A stretch of 64,000 nt of DNA, taken from positions 6,966,740-7,030,739 of the forward strand of contig NC_057719.1 of NCBI RefSeq assembly GCF_004010195.1, written 5' to 3'. Both the position numbers and the translations under genes were made by a program. The notes below the pieces were generated by a model. The model saw only the letters and a program-made list of their open reading frames with translations, searched no databases and had not been told where the DNA came from. This document shows, one piece after another, positions 38,801-50,029 of the stretch. Position 1 is the stretch's first letter. Every line of letters starts with the position of its first letter. Source of the stretch: Chiloscyllium plagiosum. Its lineage: Eukaryota.

Positions 38801-39099
38801 GATATGTCTGAAAAAGATGCTAAGATTACAAAAATGAGAAAATTGAAGAATCAGCTTCACTGATTTGGCCATCAGTGAGATATTCTGAGCAAATGTATCT
38901 CGGGAAGGATGCAAATGCTTTTGGGAGGTATCAGAAAAGATTTATGAAAATAGTTCTAGAAATGTGCAGTCAGTTACCCTCCTGTGTTCTGGGCTTTCTC
39001 ATGATGGCTCATGAAATCCTAGCTGTCCAGCAGTGCTGGAAATATATTGCAGCACCTTTGAATTCTGTCCAACTCTCTGCTATCCTGTGGGATAATAAA

Positions 39100-39510
39100 A
39101 GAAATTTGCATTTATATGGTGCATTTCACAATCTTAGGACTTCATAAAGTACTTTACAGCTGTTAAAATCCTTTTGAAGCATGGTCAGTTTTGTAATCGT
39201 GTGAATGCAACCGGCCTTATACAAACAGTAAATTCCCAAAAACATTCGTTTGGTAATAACAAGCTAATCTCGCTTTGTATGTTGATTGAGCATTGATTAT
39301 GGGAAAGGAAACTGGAAAACCACTTCCCTGTTGTTGAAAATGACATTGTGGGATCTTTTGCATCCATCGAACCAAGCAGATTTGGCTTGTCAGAAAATTC
39401 TAAATCCTGCATTGCAAAGTCAGCCTTGATTTTTGTGCTCAAGCCCAAGAAAGGGACTTGAACCTGGAACCTTATGGCTTATAGTTGAAATTGGTGACAA
39501 CTTCACCAAG
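39100..39510 (-). mobile_element. ancient SINE with L2-like tail (AmnSINE/DeuSINE-like)
   Basis: ttgcatttatat...ctttacagc...ttttgaag tail motif (also near 21660, 37760, 62410) and a B-box-like ggttcaagtcc on minus. Confidence 0.45.
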
Positions 39511-39778
39511 ATTGACAATAACATTCATTTAGATTCTCAAGGTGTCGCTGATTCTTTGAACACTGATTTATGGATTAAATAATATTAGGGTGACACACCC
39601 TGGTTAGCACTGATGCCTCACAGGTTCAGGGACCTGGATTCAATTCCAGCCTTGGGAGACTGCAAACTTCACGCAGGCACACACACTCTCTTTGTCTGGT
39701 GTAAGTTTCCTCAGGGTGATTCTGTTTTGTCCTGCAGTCCACAGGTGAGCAGATCAGGTGGATTGGCCGTGCTAAGTT

Positions 39779-41294
39779 GAGTCATTGAGATGTACAGCAT
39801 GGAAACAGACCCTTTGGTCCAACCTGTCCAGGCCAACCAGATATCCCAACTCAATCTAGTCCCACCTGCCAGCACCCTGCCCATGTCCCTCCAAACCCTT
39901 TCTATTCTTATTCCCATCTAAATGCCTCTTAAATGTTGCAATTGTACCAGCCTCCACCACTTCCTCTGGCAGCTCATTCAATACGCATACCACCCTCTGT
40001 GTGGAAAAAGTTGCCCCGTAGGTCTCTCTTAAATCTTTCCCCTCACCCTAAACCTATGCCCTCTAGTTCTGGACTCCCTCACCCCAGGGAAGAGAATTTG
40101 TCTATTTACCCTATCAATGCCCCTCATAATTTTGTAAACCTCTATTAGGTCATCCCTCAGCCTCCGACACTCCAGGGAAAACAGCCCCAGCCTGTTCAGC
40201 CCCTCCCTAGAGCTCAAATCCTCCAACCCTGGCAACATCCTTGTAAATCTTCTCTGAACCCTTTCAAGTTTCACACCATCTTTCCGATAGGAAGGAGACC
40301 AGAATTGCACGCAATATTCCAACAGTGGCCTAACCAATGTCCTGTACAGCCACAACATGACCTCCCAACTCCTGTACTCAAGACTCTGACCAGTAAAGGA
40401 AAGTATAGCAAACGCCACCTTCACTATCCTATCTACCTGCGACTCCACTTTCAAGGAGCTATGAACCTGCACTCCAAGGTCTCTTTGTTCAGCAACACTC
40501 CCTAGGACCTTACCATTACTGGGCAGCATGGTGGCACAGTGGTTAGCACTTCTGTCTCACAGCGCCAGAGACCTGAGTTCAATTCCCACCTTGGGCGACT
40601 GTCCGTGTGGGTTTCTCCCCATGTCTGCGTGGGTTTCCTCCGGGTGCTCTGGTTTCCTCCCACAATCCAAAAGATGTGCAGGTTGGCTATGCTAAATTGC
40701 CCATAGTGTTAGGTGTAGGGGAGCGGGTCTAGGTGGGTTGCTGTTCAGAGGGTTGGTGTGGACTTGTTGGGCCGAAGGGCCTGTTCCCACACTGTAAATA
40801 ATCTCATCTAATCTAATCTAATCATTAAGTCCTGTTAAGATTTGCTTTCCCAAAATGTAGCACCTTGCATTTATCTGAATTAAACTCCATCTGCCACTTC
40901 TCAGCCCATTGGCCCATCTGGTCAAGATTCTGTCCACTACACCTCCAATTTTGGTGTCATCTGCAAACTTACTAACTGTAACTCTTTTATGCTCACATAC
41001 AAATCATTTATGTAAATGACAAAAAGTAGAGGACCCATCACTGATCCTTGTGGCACTCCACTGGTCACAGGCCTCCAGTCTGAAAAACAACCCTCTACCA
41101 CCACCCTCTGTCTTCTACCTTTGAGCCAGTTCTGTATCCAAATGGCTGTATTCCATGAGATCTAACCTTGCTAATCAGTCTCCCATGGGGAACCTTGTCA
41201 AACACCTTACTGAAGTCATCATATCTACTGCTCTGGCCTCATCAATCCTCTGATACTTCCTCAAAAAAACTCAATCAAGTTTGTGAGACATGAT
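39779..41294 (-). mobile_element. CR1/HER1 LINE
   Basis: 166-aa RT C-terminal ORF 40029-40529; closely similar to 6284-7945. Confidence 0.95.
40520..40822 (+). mobile_element. HE1-like SINE nested in CR1
   Basis: Full SINE; catta repeated at 40514-40518 and 40823-40827. Confidence 0.9.
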
Positions 41295-41750
41295 GGGTCT
41301 TGGGATGAGCAGGTAGGTCGGTTGGCCATGGGAAATGCTGTCTTCCAGGGGTAAGGGTGGAGGGTGGGTGTGGGACGGATGCTGTTCGGAGGGTCAGTGT
41401 GGAATCAATGGGCCCGATGACCTGCTTTCACACTGTAGGGATTCTAATATTTTGTTTCTTAAAAATAAGCTATGCACTAATAGATATCCATTGGTTTACT
41501 AATTTCCACTTCTGAAGAAAGTGTCAACCAACTGGGTGATATATTGGAGTTTGTCTGAACTGGCTGAACAAGTATTGTTTTGAATACACTAACATACCAA
41601 ATAGACACACTGCCTTCGTTTTCTTGTGAGAATACACAACATGTTGTCATCCATCCATTCTCGATATATATCACTAATGTTGAGGTTAGGACCAAATATA
41701 ATATTTCCAAATTTTTAGAGGATATCAAGCTAAGTAGGAGTGTATATTGA

Positions 41751-41928
41751 ACTGGAAATAGATTTGCTCGCTGAGCTGGAAGTTCATTTCCAGACATTTT
41801 GTCACCCTACTCGCAACATCTTCAGTGGGTCTCCAGGCAAAACGTCTGAAAATGAACCTTCCAGCTCAGCGACGAAACCTGCATCCAGAACCTCAACCTG
41901 AACTGCAAATCTTCTTAAAAATCACTAA
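41751..41928. mobile_element. PLE fold-back mini-insertion (family of 15712)
   Basis: Inverted gctgagctggaag/cttccagctcagc arms; 10-bp TSD tgtatattga at 41741-41750 and 41929-41938. Confidence 0.8.
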
Positions 41929-41938
41929 TGTATATTGA

Positions 41939-43420
41939 GGAAGATGTCAAGAGACATCAATAAGATTCGGGCAGGCTTATTGAATGGCCAAGTGCATCGT
42001 AGATGGAATGTAAGTGGAAAAATTAGTTTATCCACTTAGGAGAAACAGATGTGCAAAGTAATTCTTAAATGGTTAGTAATTGGAAAGTGTAAATGTAGAA
42101 AGGAATCCAGGTGTCCTTGTCAATAAATCACTGAAGACTAATGTACAAGTGCAACAAGCTATTAGGAAAGCAAATTGAGTGCTAGGTTTTCGTGCAAGAG
42201 GATTTGGCTACGAAAGTGGTGAAGTTTTGCTTCAGTTGTGTAAGAGCTTGATCAGACGCACCTGTATGACTGCAATTTTGGTCTCTTTACCTCAGGAAAG
42301 ATATTATTGTCATTGAGGGAGTGCAACAAAGGATCACTAGATTTGTGTGTAGGAAACAGAACTGTCCCTTGAGGAGAGGTTGAATAAACGGAATCTGTAT
42401 TGTTACGACTTGGTGTAAACCCCTCTGCTAATTTAAACCTGATACTCTGAGAAGCTCACCTCGTGCTGTAATCTGTTAAATTTCGAGAGCCAGAGAACTA
42501 TCCCAGAGGTCACTATTTAAGGGATTTATTCTTTAAGTTCAACAGAGAATGTTAAAACAACTGTTTACAACTCCTTTCTCTTAAACCTATCTTTTACCTC
42601 CTACTCCACAATGCTGGTTCGATAAATACCCTCTTAAATGTCTGGCAAAATAAATTTCAAACCCAGGTATAGTCTTCAGATGTCGAACTTTCTCTGTAGA
42701 TTCCTCTAGATTGACTTTGGTGTTCTGCGGCACAAATTTCTTATAGACCGTTACCTTTCAGTGAGCTACTTGGCTAGCAGTCTGTTTTTTGGCACTCATT
42801 GCTGTCTCTAACTGTTCAAAATGTCAGGTTTGATAACCCTAAAACATTGGATCATTTCATTGGTTTGATGTTATTCCAAACAGTAAAATTTAAATTAGAT
42901 TTGAATTTTGATATCTGGGGTATAATTTAAACTGGCCGAATTTCAATTTGGTTTTGGTGCATGGCAACACAGCATTTGTGTCAACCAAATGTTACATTTT
43001 TAAATCTTTTACACTATGTGCTTCTAAGTTCCTGCCAGCTCCCCCTCTCCTAAAGGCACAGTACACACCTAGACCTTCATAACAGTATTCTCTCAAATTT
43101 CAAAGAATGAGATGATCTTATTGAAACCTACAAAATACTTAAAGGTACAGATAGGGTAGATGCAGATATCCAGGGGAACAATTTTATAGTCAGGGATAGC
43201 CACTTAAGTCAGAGTTGAAACTATTTTATTCAAAGGTTTGTGAACCTTTAGAATTCTCTTCCCTAATTATATTTAGGGGAGAGATAGATAGATAGATAGA
43301 ATTTGGATTACCAGTGGTGTGTAGGGTTAAGGGGATGGGTGATTTAAAATGTTCAATCAGGCATGACTATAGAGAATGGCAGAGCAAGCTCGATGGGTTG
43401 AGTGGCCTTCCATTCTGATT
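41939..43420 (+). mobile_element. old CR1/L2-clade LINE split by a solo LTR
   Basis: RT C-terminal sequence resumes after 43088 (gatcttattgaaacctacaaaat). Confidence 0.7.
42401..43084 (-). mobile_element. solo LTR
   Basis: TGTTACGA...TCATAACA inverted termini; perfect 4-bp TSD GTAT at 42397-42400 and 43085-43088. Confidence 0.88.
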
Positions 43421-44367
43421 TTTTACCAGTTAAACTTTGCTGATATCAAAATGATCTTGGAGAGGTAAAGAGAGTTTTGGGTTTAGTGCTGATTTGCTGT
43501 CCTTTCAATATATTAGCATGTTTCCTTCTGTTACATGGAGAAACCATGATAAGCAAGCTGTTAAATATTTAAGCCAAAATATCTCTCAACTCCCATATAC
43601 CTAGCATGTTTAATATGTTTAACAGTTGCTTTATTTTAGTCTGTAGTAATAATGGCCTTTTGTATGATTTGACCTTGCAGGTGACCGATTAATCACTTTG
43701 GTTTTGTTGTAGCTTCTTTTGAATCTAGTATCAGACATATTGCTTTGCTATAGTTTTTTTTTGTTAAATAGGTATTTGATATTCGGTATTTGTAATGTTC
43801 CTATTTTGGCTAACCAGTGGACCCACTTCATGTTTTGTCATCTTTGGAAAAAGTATCTATCTGATGCGGAAATAATATTAAATCCTTTGTGACATTGGTT
43901 TGCCTGATCAAGTTGAATCCGGTTGTATTCTAATCATTATTACTGTGATGTTTTCCTGCATGGAGGTATGATTTTGAGATTACAACAAAAGTAGTATCAA
44001 ATGTTTGACTACTGATTTGTTTTCTTACTAGAATAGAAATTGGTAGTCAAATAAAGACGGAAGGTCCAGATGGTTTGCCACCTATAATCTGGTAGCCACA
44101 AGATACAATGATGATTAAGCTATTGACTGATCGTAGCAGTTAATTATCAATGATCATTTAACAGTGCAAGTGGTAAAGAGCTTTGGATTCTAAAAGCCTA
44201 AGGTCGCATGTTTCACTCCAGCATGCCACGCTCACTACCTTTTGCATTTTAAGTGTTACTTTCATCACAGTTATTTTCAGAAAGTACTTTATATAATTTA
44301 CTTTTAAATGAATTAATACTAACTACTTTCCCCCGTTTCCCTGGGAAGACTGTGTTTCACAGAACAG

Positions 44368-44531
44368 AGTTGAGTATGTGTTGCTGGAAAAGCACAACCG
44401 GTCAGGCATCATCTGAGGAGCAGGACTATTTTCGATTTTCCTACTCCTCTGATGCTGCCTGACCTGCTGTGCTCTTCCAGCAGTACACTCTCAACTCTGA
44501 TTTGCAGCATCTGCAGACCTCGCTGTCGCCC
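44368..44531. mobile_element. PLE family A fold-back insertion (hammerhead region absent)
   Basis: TSD tgtttca(c/t)agaacag at 44353-44367 and 44532-44546. Confidence 0.8.
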
Positions 44532-45129
44532 TGTTTCATAGAACAGTCAGTTTGCCTGCAAATATTATTTATGCTGATTCATCTTGGATTTGGCCCTGCC
44601 CATCGTGAGCAGTGGTCTCTAGATTTACAAGTTGGATTGATTTGTCACATCTGCATTATCTTAAAAAATCAAGTATCAACTTTTTCACGCAGGGGGTGGT
44701 GCATATATATGGAATAAGCTGCCAGAGGAAATGGTGGAGTTGTAGATCTCGATCCCTGGGAGGGGTGTCTCAGTTCCGCGATCGATCAAATAAGCAACAG
44801 GAATGTGGTCTGCTTCAGCAAGTTTCACAGTTTATTTTGATACCGGGCACAGATTTGTCCAGCAACATAGAGCTTAACAGCTTCTGTGTTCCTTTGAAAA
44901 ACTGAGTGATTTCACTTGGAACAAAGGCAATTTTTTATGTTTCTTAAGAAATAGTACAGCCTTAATTACAGAATAAAGCCAATAAAATGTAATAAATTAC
45001 ATAATGGGCAACGAGTTAACCCAATGATATTTTCTGGAAAACAAAGTTGTTTACACATTTATCTCTTCCCACCTGCATTTCAAGGTTAACTAAAATAGTA
45101 ATGTCCTATCTAACTTAGTTAATTCCATG

Positions 45130-45332
45130 ATTTGGAGATGCCGGTGTTGGACTGGGGTGTACAAAGTTAAAAATCACACAACACCAGGTTATAGTCCAAC
45201 AGGTTTAATTGGAAACACACTAGCTTTCGGAGCGATGCTCCTTCACAATCACCTGGTGAAGGAGCGTCGCTCCGAAAGCTAGTGTGCTTCCAATTAAACC
45301 TGTTGCACTATAACCTGGTGTTGTGTGATTTT
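45130..45332. mobile_element. PLE family B fold-back insertion in the LTR
   Basis: 83-bp arms 45164-45246 and 45256-45338 with 3 mismatches; 19-bp TSD taacttagttaattccatg at 45111-45129 and 45333-45351; empty site in the paralogous LTR near 16845-16865. Confidence 0.9.
45250..45284 (+). ncRNA. hammerhead-like motif with A6G core change (probably inactive)
   Basis: cac CUGgUGA a GGAGC-guc-GCUCC GAAA gc UA gug. Confidence 0.65.
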
Positions 45333-45520
45333 TAACTTAGTTAATTCCATGCTGTGAAGGGTCATTGTTCTGCTTGATCTTTAATTCAGTTAGCTCAGGA
45401 ATGCAGCCTGAAGCCATTTTGTTAAGTTACTTTGTATTAAGAAGCCATATTGTGGTTCATAAAAGCATGCATTAAATGGTTGCACCTGACAACAGCCTAA
45501 ATCCAGATTTTAGATTGTCA

Positions 45521-45533
45521 TCTCCCTGCTTTG
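45521..45533 (-). other. polypurine tract
   Basis: Minus strand aaagcagggaga directly abutting the LTR TG. Confidence 0.65.
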
Positions 45534-45688
45534 GTCATTCCATGACCACACCATAGGCGGTGAGGGCATAACATAGATCAATCCAATTGAATGGATGCCA
45601 GAGACTGTCATACTTCCTCTTCCACCAGGGAGGAAGTACGGGTAGGCAATGATGCCTCCTCATCTTCACCTGAATGGAGAAGGAGCAT

Positions 45689-46190
45689 TTATTGGGTTGA
45701 ACCGATGTTGTCAATATTAGTTCGTATTTTAGCAATAATACACTTAACAATAGCAATGGCAGCAAAAAGACCAATTAAAACAATAGCAGCATACATAGCC
45801 ATATTTATCAGCCAGTTTATCATGAGCCGAAATCCCAATCTCCCCATGCTGCACCTCGATGAGGGCAGTGACCCCCATGATACATTTGCTTTTAACTATG
45901 GTGCAAACTCCACCTTCCTTTGCAAGTATGTAGTCAAAGGCGTATTGGTTTTATTGGGAAAATAGGCACAATTCTGAAAGGATGTCCCTAACTCCTGCCA
46001 GGGCAGCAGCCATCTCATTACCTAAGAGGGTGAGACTGCAAGTGAGATAATTTTGATTCTGATGGCTGATGACTGCTGCTGAACCTCCCAAAGTAAAGGT
46101 ACTAAGGAATGCGTACCCGAGAGAGTCAGCTTTTGTGGGACTCAATGTCTTAGTATTTCTCCAATGTGTGCAAAACTTAGGTGAGACATG
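45689..46190 (-). pseudogene. env: decayed class I fusion glycoprotein TM subunit (env; filovirus GP2/ASLV-like architecture)
   Basis: SPKFCTHW...SLGYAFLSTFTLGGSAAV..NQNYLTCSLTLLGNEMAAAL...ELCLFSQ*NQYAFDYILAKEGGVCTIVKSKC; after a deletion and frameshifts WGDWDFGS and the TM helix INWLINMAMYAAIVLIGLFAAIAIVKCII (45820 down to the stop at 45689-45691). Confidence 0.88.
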
Positions 46191-46464
46191 GGGGGGGGGT
46201 GCAAGTGGGTAGCGTACTGTCGGAATAGAATGGTGCTCGTTTCAGTATGAGGTGTTTTCTTCTTTTAATATTGCAGTGAACATTTTGTATTTTGGAACTT
46301 TTCAGTAATGTGATTTTCAGCTATGACTCTTGTGACTCCTGGAAGCTGCTGATGAAATTGAGGATTTACAGGATGAAAGTGCCATCTTGATTACTTTCCC
46401 TTCGAAGTAGACTGAAGGCTAAGTTTTGTACAAATGAGTAAGAATATTTTGTTACAGGAAAACA

Positions 46465-46620
46465 AAATACGGAATGCTGAAAGTATTTAGCTCTGCCAGT
46501 ATTTACGGAGAGAAATAGTTTTTGAGAACTGAAAAAGAGTCATACTCAACTCAAAACCATCTGTGTTTCTCTCTGCAGATGCTGTTAGACTTGCTGAATA
46601 TTCCCAACAGTTTGTTCTGT
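46465..46620. mobile_element. old PLE-type fold-back remnant
   Basis: Degenerate inverted arms with a cagatgctg...cttgctgaatatt motif. Confidence 0.45.
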
Positions 46621-46648
46621 ATGAAAAATAATTATTTTTTAAAAATTC

Positions 46649-49600
46649 ATGAACGATAAAGAACAATACAGCACAGGAACAAGTCCTTCGGCCCTCCAAG
46701 CCTGCGCTGACACATTTTGCCCTTCCATACTAAAACTATCTTCGCTTACAGGATCCATACCCCTCTATTTCCTTCCTATTAAAATATTTGTCCAGGTGCT
46801 GCTGCTGTTTGTTTCCACCACCATCTCTGGTAGTAGGTTCCAGGCACACTACATCTTTTTTGTGAAAAACTTGCCTCACAAACCTCTTTTTAAGCCTGCC
46901 CTTTCCTGCCCACAAACTCCACACCTTGAAGTTATGTCCCCTAGTAACTGACTCCTCCACCCTGGGAAAAAGCCTTATACTTTCCACTCTGTTCATCTTG
47001 TAAACTTCTATGAGGTCACCCCTCAACTTCCTGCATTCCAGTGAAATCAAACTCCGTTCAACCTTTCTTCATAGCTAAAATCCCCCATACCAGGTAACAT
47101 CCTGGTAAACCTTTTCTGTATCCTCTCCAAAGCATCCGTGTGTGACCAGAATTGTACACAATATTCCAAGCGTGGCCTAACTAAAGTTCAATAAAGCTGC
47201 AACATAATATGCTTATTCGTACACTCAGTGCCCGTTTCAATGAAGGCAAGCATGCTGTGTTGGCCTTTTTTGCTACCTTATCTCCCATCTTCCATGATCT
47301 GTGGACCTGCACACCCAGATCCCTCTGCGTATCAATACCACTACGGGTTCTGCCATTCACTGTATAATTTCCACCTGTTCTTGACCTTCCAAAATGCATC
47401 ACCTCACGTTTGTCCAGATTAAACTTCACCTGCCATTTTTCTGCCTCCAACTGATCTTTATCCTGCTCTATCCTCTGACAATCCTCCTCACCATCTGCAA
47501 GTCCACAAATTTTTGTGTTGTCTGCAAACTTAGTTATGGCGATGTATAGCACGGAGTGATTAGACCAGCCATATTTTCCTCCAAATCACTTACGTAGACC
47601 GCAAACAGCAGAGGTCCAGCACTGGTCCTTGTGTAACACCACTCGACAGAACCGTCCTTTCCAAAATGCATTCTTCCACCACTACCTTCTGTCTCCTATG
47701 ACTAAGTCAGTTCTGTAGCCATCTTGCTAGCTCACCCATTGACACCATGTGACTTCACTTTTTGTACCTATCTGCCATGAGAGCCTTTGTCAAAGGCTTT
47801 ACTGAAGTGCATGAAGACAACAACAACCACATTTCCTTCATCAATCATCATCTTCATCACCACAAAAAATTCAATCAAATTAGTGAGGCATGACTTTCCC
47901 CACGCAAAACCATGCTATCTATCACTAATAAGTTAATTTACTTCTTGATCAAATATAGATCTTGTCCCTGAGAATTTTTTCCAATAATTTCCCTACCACT
48001 GACAGGGGCCTCGCAGGCCTGTAATTTCCTGGATTGTTCCTGCTACTCTTTTTAAACAATGGGTCCACATTGGTTGTTTTCCAGTCCTCTGGGACCTCAC
48101 TTGTGGCCAAAAAGGATACCAAGATGTCTGTCAATGCTCCAGCAATTTGTTCTCTTGCTTCCCTGCATATTTTGGGATAGATCCCATCAGGACTTGGAGA
48201 CTTATCTACTTTAATATTTTTAAAGACACATAGCACCTCTTACTTTTTAATAGCAACTTGGCTTAGAAATTCAACACTCCCTTCCCTGAGATCATTGTCC
48301 ACCAATTCATTCTCTTCGATGAAAACTGACACACAGTATTAGTTTAGGACCTCATCTACCTCTTCTGGCTCCACACAGATTCCTTCTGTTGTCCTTGAGT
48401 GGGCCAATCCTTTCCCTGACTACCGTCTTGCTTTTTGCATATGCATAAAGAGCCTTGGTATTCTCCTTAATCCTGTTTGCTATTGACTCTTCATGACCCC
48501 TTTTTGCCCTTCTAATTTCTTGTATAAGTTCTTTTCTACTTTCTTTATATGTTTCAAGGGCTTAATCCATTCCCATCCTCCTAGATCTTGAGTATGCTTC
48601 CTTTTCCTTTTTGACCAAAGTCATAACATCTCTAGTCATCCAAGGCTAACATTCCTATCCATCTTGCAAGAACATAGCACTCTGAATTCTTTTCAACTGC
48701 CGTTTGAAATATTCCATATGTCAGATGTGGATTTACCCCCAAACAGGTGCCTCCGATCAGTCTTCTCCAGTTCCTGCCTAATATTGTTGTAGTTAGCCTT
48801 CTCCCAATTTAAGGCCTTCATCTGAGGACTGCTGCTATCCCTATCAATGAGTTATCTTAAAAATCTCAGTATTATGGTCACTACTCCCAGTGCTTGCCCA
48901 CTGAAAGTTCACTCACCTGGCCGGGTTCATTTCCCAAAATCAGGTCCAGTATAGCCCCTTCCTAGGGTTGGACTAATTACATAATGTCAAGAAAACCTCC
49001 TGAATAGTCCTTGCAAATTCTGCCCCATCCAAGCTCCTGGCATGAAGTGATTCTGTCAATATGGGGGAAGTTAAAATCATCCGTCACAACAACCATGCCG
49101 TTTTTACATCTTTCCAAAATCTGTCGACATATTCTCTCCTCTATTTTCTGCTGGCTGTTGGGAGGCCTGTAGTATACCCCGAGTAGCCAAGCAGGAGGCT
49201 GGAAGAACACAGCAACCAGGCAGCATCAGGTGGTGGAGAAGTTGACGTTTCAGGTGGAACCTTCCTTCGGGACTAGGGGTGGGTGTTAGGGGAGCTGCAG
49301 ATCACTGAATGCACATCTAAGAGAGGCAGAGAACTTCCTCAAAGTGGGTATCCTTTGAAGAGACTTCGCAGTGGTACAAACTTGGTTAGAGACAAAAAAA
49401 CTGCAGATGCTGGAATCCAAGGTAGATAAACAGGAGGTCGGAAGAACTCAGCATCAGGAGGTGGAGAAGTCTGTTTTGGGTGTAACCCTCCTTCAAGACT
49501 GGGGGTAGGTGTAAGGGGAGCTGCGATCACTGAGTGCATGTCTGAGGGAGGCAGAGAACCCAGCATTGTGGTTTCACCTTTCCTGTTCCTGAGTTCTACC

Positions 49601-49700
49601 TAATATTGTCTCATTGCATGAGTCCTTTGTTATCCTCCCTCAGTATAGCTAAGAGATACTCCTTTACCAGGAATGCAACTCCCCATCCCTTTTCCACAAC
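46649..49700 (-). mobile_element. long CR1-clade LINE ORF2 remnant (APE endonuclease and RT)
   Basis: LLGVYYRPPNSQ..VVVTDDFNFPHID (APE); KSPSPDGIYP, PGNYRP, KFADNTK (RT); 3' tail at 46649. Confidence 0.92.
49185..49560 (-). mobile_element. two tandem PLE 3'-end fragments inserted in the CR1 endonuclease region
   Basis: Repeated caggagg...gcatcagg.ggtggagaag...ggggagctgc block. Confidence 0.65.
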
Positions 49701-50029
49701 AATGATGACTGTTGTTAGATCCTGTATTTTCAAAGTGTCACTCATTTGAATAGAATTCAATACTACAAGATTTCATTATTGTTAACTTATTTGATGTGAA
49801 GGATTCAAAAATTTTCTTTCCTCGTAGACCAGATCTGTTGTTTGTTTTGATGCACCCAGTATACAGTGACTTGCTATCCTTTTAACCAGCTTTAATTTCA
49901 AAGTAGGTTTAATCACAGTATTATTTGCAGTGTGGTGAACATATCAAAAGGGGCAGTGGGGACAATGGTTTAAAAGCATTATCAGCAATTTTCATTGGTG
50001 GTCCCTGGCAGACAAGGAGAACTCTTTCA

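Larger units (their letters stand above)
39590..41450 (+). mobile_element. older SINE (39590-39778 and 41295-41450) split by a LINE
   Basis: SINE head before and SINE tail after the CR1 insertion. Confidence 0.65.
44741..45520 (-). mobile_element. 3' LTR of an env-bearing retroelement/ERV
   Basis: Minus strand TGACAATCT...AGATCTACA termini; CATAAAA at 44933-44939; AATAAA at 44831-44836; PPT immediately upstream. Confidence 0.8.

Noticed and set aside
45591..45965. 124-aa plus-strand ORF with a hydrophobic segment
   Set aside because: It is the antisense shadow of the env TM region.
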